From Planctomycetota bacterium (GTDB lineage: Bacteria; Planctomycetota; GCA-002687715; DRQF01): a stretch of DNA of 21,604 nt. The first letter of the stretch is position 1, and each line of letters begins with the position of its first letter. A program made the translations under genes and the position numbers. Shown one piece after another: positions 17,272 through 21,604 of this stretch. The notes below the pieces were generated by a model. It was not told where the DNA came from and searched no databases. It saw only the letters and a list, made by a program, of their open reading frames with translations. Where the stretch lies: positions 1 to 21,604 of the forward strand of contig JAZGFI010000221.1 in NCBI GenBank assembly GCA_036479435.1, read 5' to 3'.

Positions 17272-18723
17272 TCAGTTTGCGGAGACTCGAAGCGCGGCCT
17301 TCACACCGGCGGCATAAGCCGGGTCGGCCCGTTCGAATTGCTCCAGCATGCGGACTTGGACGCTGTCCGCTGCGTGGACGAGCCCCGAGGCGATGTTGTT
17401 GAAGAGTTGTCCTTGCTGATCCTTGTTCATGATGCGGAACAGATCGCCCGCCTGACTGAAGTTGTCTTCGTCGCGGTTGTCGTACCAAGCCAAAGCGGCT
17501 TGCTGCTCGCTGGGGAAAGGAGGCTCCTCGGTCGTGGCGCTGGGGCGAGGCGCGCCCGATGAGCCCTGGTCGTTGGGGAAAAAGTTGACGGAGCTATCCG
17601 CGCTTCGTCCTGTTCCGGCGAACTGGCCATCACGTTGGTAATGGTTGACGTCGCAGCGCGGGGCGTTGATGGGGATGTCTTGGTAGTTGGCGCCAAGACG
17701 GTAGCGGTGGGCGTCTGGATAGGCCATCAGCCGACCCTGTAGCATGCGATCGGGAGATACACCCACGCCCGGAACGAGATGGCTGGGGCTGAAGGCGGCC
17801 TGTTCGGTCTCGGCGAAATAGTTGCTGACGTTGCGATTGAGAGTGAGAGTGCCGACCTTGATCAAGGGATAGTCGGCGTGAGACCATACTTTGGTGACGT
17901 CGAACACATTGAATTTTGCGTGCCGCGCCTGTTCTTCAGTCATCACCTGGATGTTGACGTTCCAGCTGGGGAAATCGCCGCGATCAATCGCTTCGACGAG
18001 GTCTTGCTGTCCGCCGTGGCTTGGCATTCCCGCGGCCTCTGTATTGGTCAGGCACTTGATCCCCTGATTCGTCTTGAAGTGCCACTTGACCCAGGTTCTT
18101 ACACCTTCGTTGTTCCAAAAGCTGAGCGTGTGAGAGGCGTAGCCGTTCATGTGTCGATACGACGCGGGGATGCCGCGGTCGGACATCAAGATCGTGACTT
18201 GGTGCAAGGACTGAGGGCTGTTGGCCCAAAACTCGTACATGGCCGCAGGGTCGGGCATGTTGCTTCGGGGGTTTTTCTTTTGGCTATGTACGAAGTCTGG
18301 AAACTTGATGGGGTCTCTCAGAAAAAACACCGGCGTGTTGTTGCCGACCAAATCCCAGTTGCCTTCAGCGCTATAAAACTTTAGCGCGAAGCCCCGAGGA
18401 TCGCGGGCGAAGTCACTTGAGTCCTGGCCGCCGCCGACAGTTGAAAAGCGGGCGAAGACCTCGGTTTCTTTGCCCTCGCCCCGCAGGCAATCAGCAATGG
18501 TGTACTTCGAAAGGTCGCGCGTTAGTCGAAAGACTCCGTGTGCCCCCGTGCCCCGTGCGTGAACGACGCGCTCGGGAATGCGCTCGCGATTGAAGTGCGC
18601 GAGCTTCTCGAAGAGATGGACGTTGTCCATGCCGAGGGGACCCTGCGGGCCCATAGAGCGGCTCGTGTCATCATGGGGGACGGGCGAGCCGTTCCCGGTG
18701 GTGAGTCTTTTTTCCTGTGACAT
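17272..18723 (-). CDS. katA: Monofunctional small-subunit heme catalase (~483 aa)
   Basis: Active-site signature FNRERIPERVVHARG, plus RFSTV, RDPRGFALKFY, WDLVGNNTPVFF and the proximal heme-ligand motif RLMAYPDAHRYRLG. Start revised to ATG 18723 (GGAG SD; MSQEKRLTT). Confidence 0.97.
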   Translation of the reverse strand: MSQEKRLTTGNGSPVPHDDTSRSMGPQGPLGMDNVHLFEKLAHFNRERIPERVVHARGTGAHGVFRLTRDLSKYTIADCLRGEGKETEVFARFSTVGGGQDSSDFARDPRGFALKFYSAEGNWDLVGNNTPVFFLRDPIKFPDFVHSQKKNPRSNMPDPAAMYEFWANSPQSLHQVTILMSDRGIPASYRHMNGYASHTLSFWNNEGVRTWVKWHFKTNQGIKCLTNTEAAGMPSHGGQQDLVEAIDRGDFPSWNVNIQVMTEEQARHAKFNVFDVTKVWSHADYPLIKVGTLTLNRNVSNYFAETEQAAFSPSHLVPGVGVSPDRMLQGRLMAYPDAHRYRLGANYQDIPINAPRCDVNHYQRDGQFAGTGRSADSSVNFFPNDQGSSGAPRPSATTEEPPFPSEQQAALAWYDNRDEDNFSQAGDLFRIMNKDQQGQLFNNIASGLVHAADSVQVRMLEQFERADPAYAAGVKAALRVSAN

Positions 18724-18802
18724 CGTCGTCTCCGTTGATTGGGGGTTCGGCCTCGATCTCTTCGTGGCGCCTGCGTGCTCCTCTATCATCGCTTTCGTCG
18801 TT

Positions 18803-18850
18803 CATTAGTCAAATCGCAAGTTTTGATGAACGTGATAAGTTTTGCAGATG
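18803..18850. promoter_or_regulatory. AT-rich candidate LysR/OxyR-type regulatory region upstream of catalase
   Basis: AT-rich island CATTAGTCAAATCGCAAGTTTTGATGAACGTGATAAGTTTTGCAGATG in GC-rich DNA. It contains ATAAG-N-AGAT with T-N11-A spacing and a direct repeat AAGTTTTG at 18818 and 18837. Confidence 0.35.
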
Positions 18851-19330
18851 AGGGTGCTGGCGATAGCTAGGTGGGTGATGTGTCCGAGTCTGACGGGGCG
18901 TTTCAGGCAGCTTGAGCCGCCCAGAGTCGATAGGGCCATGCCGAAGCGATGACGGCCATCAGGCCCATTGTGCTCAGATCCTCGAGGCCATTTAGTCCAC
19001 TGCCTCTTGTCGTTCCACAGTAGACAGAGGATGTGTTTCACCTCATGCTGCGCTTGTAATGTAGGGCGAGAGAGTGTGCAATAACTACCTAGCGCGAAAT
19101 CCATTGTTCCGGCCCGTGCATTCCCGATGGCTCGCAGTTTTTCGCTATCGATCTTCCTGAGAAACTTGACGCTGGTACTGCCGTCATCAGACGCTCGTTC
19201 GATAGGTTGATGGCCGTGGATCATGCCATCGGCATCGACTCCTCCTTCAACGGGGAATTCTATTTATGTCAGCGGTCGGATAGGAGCATCCACCCCAAAC
19301 TCTATCTGGATAGAAGACGGGCTCGTGTCT

Positions 19331-20845
19331 TTAGTGCCCCTTGCCTCCGACGACTTGGAACACGCCGTTTTCGTCGGGCTCGAGCTCGTAGTGGAACCAG
19401 CGCTTAGTATCGCTGCCCTTTTCGTTGCGGAATGCAATTACGGCCTTGTTTCCGTCGGTGCGGAGATTGATTGCGCCGTAGACGCCTACGTTGCGCCGGA
19501 ACAGCTCGTTGAGGATGGAATGGCGTTGATCTTCGAGGGCCTTCTTTTTGATTGTGTCAGTTGCCTTGTCAATCTTCTTGACGAGATTGTCGAGTTTCTT
19601 GCGCAGTTTTGGGTCCTCGCGCTCGCGAGTTGAACGCAAGAGTTCGGTGCACAACACTAGAGGGCGATGTCCACGGCCCTTGCGGCCGAGAAGGCCGAGT
19701 AGGTCTGGTCGTGGATGAACATGGCTTTCTTCGTCACCTGAGGAAACGATGAACCCGGCCGGAGCGGTGGCTTGTAGGAACTCGTCGGTGACATCGGATG
19801 AACCGTGATGGCAGCTTTTCATCAGATCGACACCGAAGCGGTTGGATGCTTTCGCGATCATCTCTTCGGTTTCCTCCATCGTGGTGGGCGCTTTACCATC
19901 GTTGCCGTAGTGGCGAATCAGGAAGTGTTCCGCCGGTAGGTTGAGGTCTCCGCCGAATAGCACCGAGAATTCGCGGTATTGCAGCCGCAGCAGTATTGAG
20001 TGTCCATTTTTGGTCTTACCGCGATCCATCGCTTTTGCAGTGAGGGTCTTGGCGAAGGTGCGCAATCCTCGCTTGCCGTTGGGCGCCTTTTCGGCGACTG
20101 GTCCCAGCACTTCGATCGTGAATTCCTTGTTGTCCGAGGGCCCGAATCCGTGCATCCACGTGCGACCGTCCTCCTTCTGACCGTGGTGACTGGACAACAT
20201 GCGGACGTCACCGAAGCGAGAGCTCGTGAGCGCCTCCCAAATAAGTTTCGGATAGCGTTTGCGGCCGCGTGTCGTTTTGTCCTTGTAGAGCCTCTTTGCG
20301 GACGACTTCGTCGGATGGATGTCGGTCAGGTAACCCTTCTGAATGGGCCCCAGTAGGTCCTTGCCGGTCCGCTCGAGGAGGCCGTTGTGGTAGACGTATT
20401 CGAAAGAGATCTTTTGGTTCGTGAAGATGTCCTGGAAGCCCTCGTAGTGATCGGCGTCGGGGTGTGTGACGACCGCGGCGTGGAACCTAAATTTCTTCTT
20501 GAAATCGCGAAACCGCCAATTCAGGAATCGGTTCATATTGTCACTGATTCCCGCGTCGATGATCATGATTTTTTCTTTCGAGCCGGTGGCCGGTGTTGTG
20601 AGGATACAACCATCGCCCTGGCCGACGTCGAGGAAGATCATCTCGCAGAGCCGCTCACTCTGGTAATCGTCTTTTTTGATCGCGAACTTGTTGCGACCCC
20701 ATCGCACTTCGGACCACTTTTGGTCGATGTCGTCGCCAACGCGCAGCCAGTCGCCCCAAAGAAGCTGCTTCTGTTTCTTTTTCCGGGTTGCACAATCGTA
20801 GAGATAGACAACGGGACCCTTCGCGTAAAAGACGTTGCTAGCCAT
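19331..20845 (-). CDS. ComEC/Rec2-like metallo-beta-lactamase-fold hydrolase with small N-terminal SH3-like module (504 aa)
   Basis: Motifs FLDVGQGDG, IIDAG, THPDADHYEG, N..SILLRL..FSVLFGGDL, KSCHHGS and HVHPR. GGAG SD before ATG 20845. No signal peptide and no ComEC membrane domain. Lys/Arg-rich. Confidence 0.85.
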   Translation of the reverse strand: MASNVFYAKGPVVYLYDCATRKKKQKQLLWGDWLRVGDDIDQKWSEVRWGRNKFAIKKDDYQSERLCEMIFLDVGQGDGCILTTPATGSKEKIMIIDAGISDNMNRFLNWRFRDFKKKFRFHAAVVTHPDADHYEGFQDIFTNQKISFEYVYHNGLLERTGKDLLGPIQKGYLTDIHPTKSSAKRLYKDKTTRGRKRYPKLIWEALTSSRFGDVRMLSSHHGQKEDGRTWMHGFGPSDNKEFTIEVLGPVAEKAPNGKRGLRTFAKTLTAKAMDRGKTKNGHSILLRLQYREFSVLFGGDLNLPAEHFLIRHYGNDGKAPTTMEETEEMIAKASNRFGVDLMKSCHHGSSDVTDEFLQATAPAGFIVSSGDEESHVHPRPDLLGLLGRKGRGHRPLVLCTELLRSTREREDPKLRKKLDNLVKKIDKATDTIKKKALEDQRHSILNELFRRNVGVYGAINLRTDGNKAVIAFRNEKGSDTKRWFHYELEPDENGVFQVVGGKGH

Positions 20846-21000
20846 GACCTGTTTGCTCCCGAAATCAATGATGAGGGTGGTGTAACTTCTCTTCTGTACT
20901 TTCCACTTCGGCCTCTCTTCTCAGCTGCGGCGAATCCATCGCTTGGGCGCAGCTTGCGTTTGCCAGTCTCGGCAGGCCCTCCTGTTCCATGCCCGTACCC

Positions 21001-21197
21001 GGGCATGGTGAGAAGTTTGAGTTGAAGGAACGAGCCATTTCCTGCTTCTTATTAGTACTACTACTTCAAGGAACACGAAAATGACTCGACCCGAAATTGA
21101 TCCTACGGCGATGGATAGCGTTTTGGAACTACTCACCGAAAATGGTGTCACCGGCGTAGCCAAGCCCCCGGTGTCAGAGTGTTTGTCCCTGACCTAA
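21001..21197 (+). mobile_element. Probable truncated IS256-family element: left end plus transposase N-terminal remnant
   Basis: Short ORF 21081..21197 (MTRPEIDPTAMDSVLELLTENGVTGVAK...*), not in the ORF track, with an AAGGA SD. It resembles IS256 transposase N-termini (VLELLTENG..G.A) and then degrades. The upstream GGCATGGTGAGAAGTTTGAGT resembles IS256-type terminal repeats (recollection). Confidence 0.5.
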
Positions 21198-21262
21198 AGT
21201 CGGTGGGCCCCGGCGAAGATCGAGACTCATTGCAGGACTCTTTATTCGCCGCCGCAGAAGGC

Positions 21263-21280
21263 TTCCCCCAAATGGGGGAA
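21263..21280. repeat. Perfect inverted repeat TTCCCCCA-AA-TGGGGGAA
   Basis: 8-bp arms directly visible. No adjacent U-tract, and the function is unknown. Confidence 0.5.
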
Positions 21281-21604
21281 CAAACTTTGATCAACTGTTC
21301 ATGTTAGTGGGCCCAGATCCATGAGGCATCCATCGCCGAAAGTTGAGCGCGCGTCGGCTCGGGGGCAAAGGCACCCCAGGCTCCGTCGAGAGGGCGGCCC
21401 ACGACCTCGGTCTTTAACACCGAGTTGTTTCGGCCCCGCGCCGCCCATTTCTTGTCGCTGCGAAAAAGGGTCTTGCCGCCAGCGATTCCGCATCGAGAAA
21501 AAGTGACTGAGGCGAACCTCCCGTAACCCTCATTTCGAGGCCGTTTTCAACGACTTTTGTTTCGTCGTAGACAAAAAGCAAATTCGCATCCACTTTGATC
21601 TAGA

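Noticed and set aside
19331..20845. Calling this comEC or an antibiotic-resistance beta-lactamase
   Set aside because: It lacks the membrane competence domain and a signal peptide, and its HxDxDH motif is of the ComEC-like type rather than the class B beta-lactamase type.
21299..21506. Short ORFs on both strands at the right end
   Set aside because: No SD sequences or motifs, and Arg/Pro-rich composition. This is probably intergenic DNA.

Overview
GC-rich bacterial window with a mixed accessory gene set. The secreted FG-GAP proteins and their C-terminal domain style suggest an uncultured Planctomycetota; this is an inference. The left end holds a translationally coupled minus-strand operon of giant uncharacterised proteins: a DUF6603-like beta-rich protein, a 1147-aa partner, and probably a third gene running off the window. 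Next come two secreted 7-repeat FG-GAP beta-propeller proteins with a shared C-terminal motif, a DUF885 protein, and a secreted esterase + SGNH + DUF1080 triple fusion. An AraC/GyrI-like regulator is divergent from an unusual protein made only of the periplasmic domains of an AcrB/CusA-type RND pump, with no transmembrane domain. A small membrane protein, a heme catalase, a ComEC-like MBL-fold hydrolase and a probable IS256 transposase remnant complete the window. The most novel-looking items are the RND headpiece-only protein and the DUF6603 operon. All family calls come from recognising motifs by eye; no searches were run.
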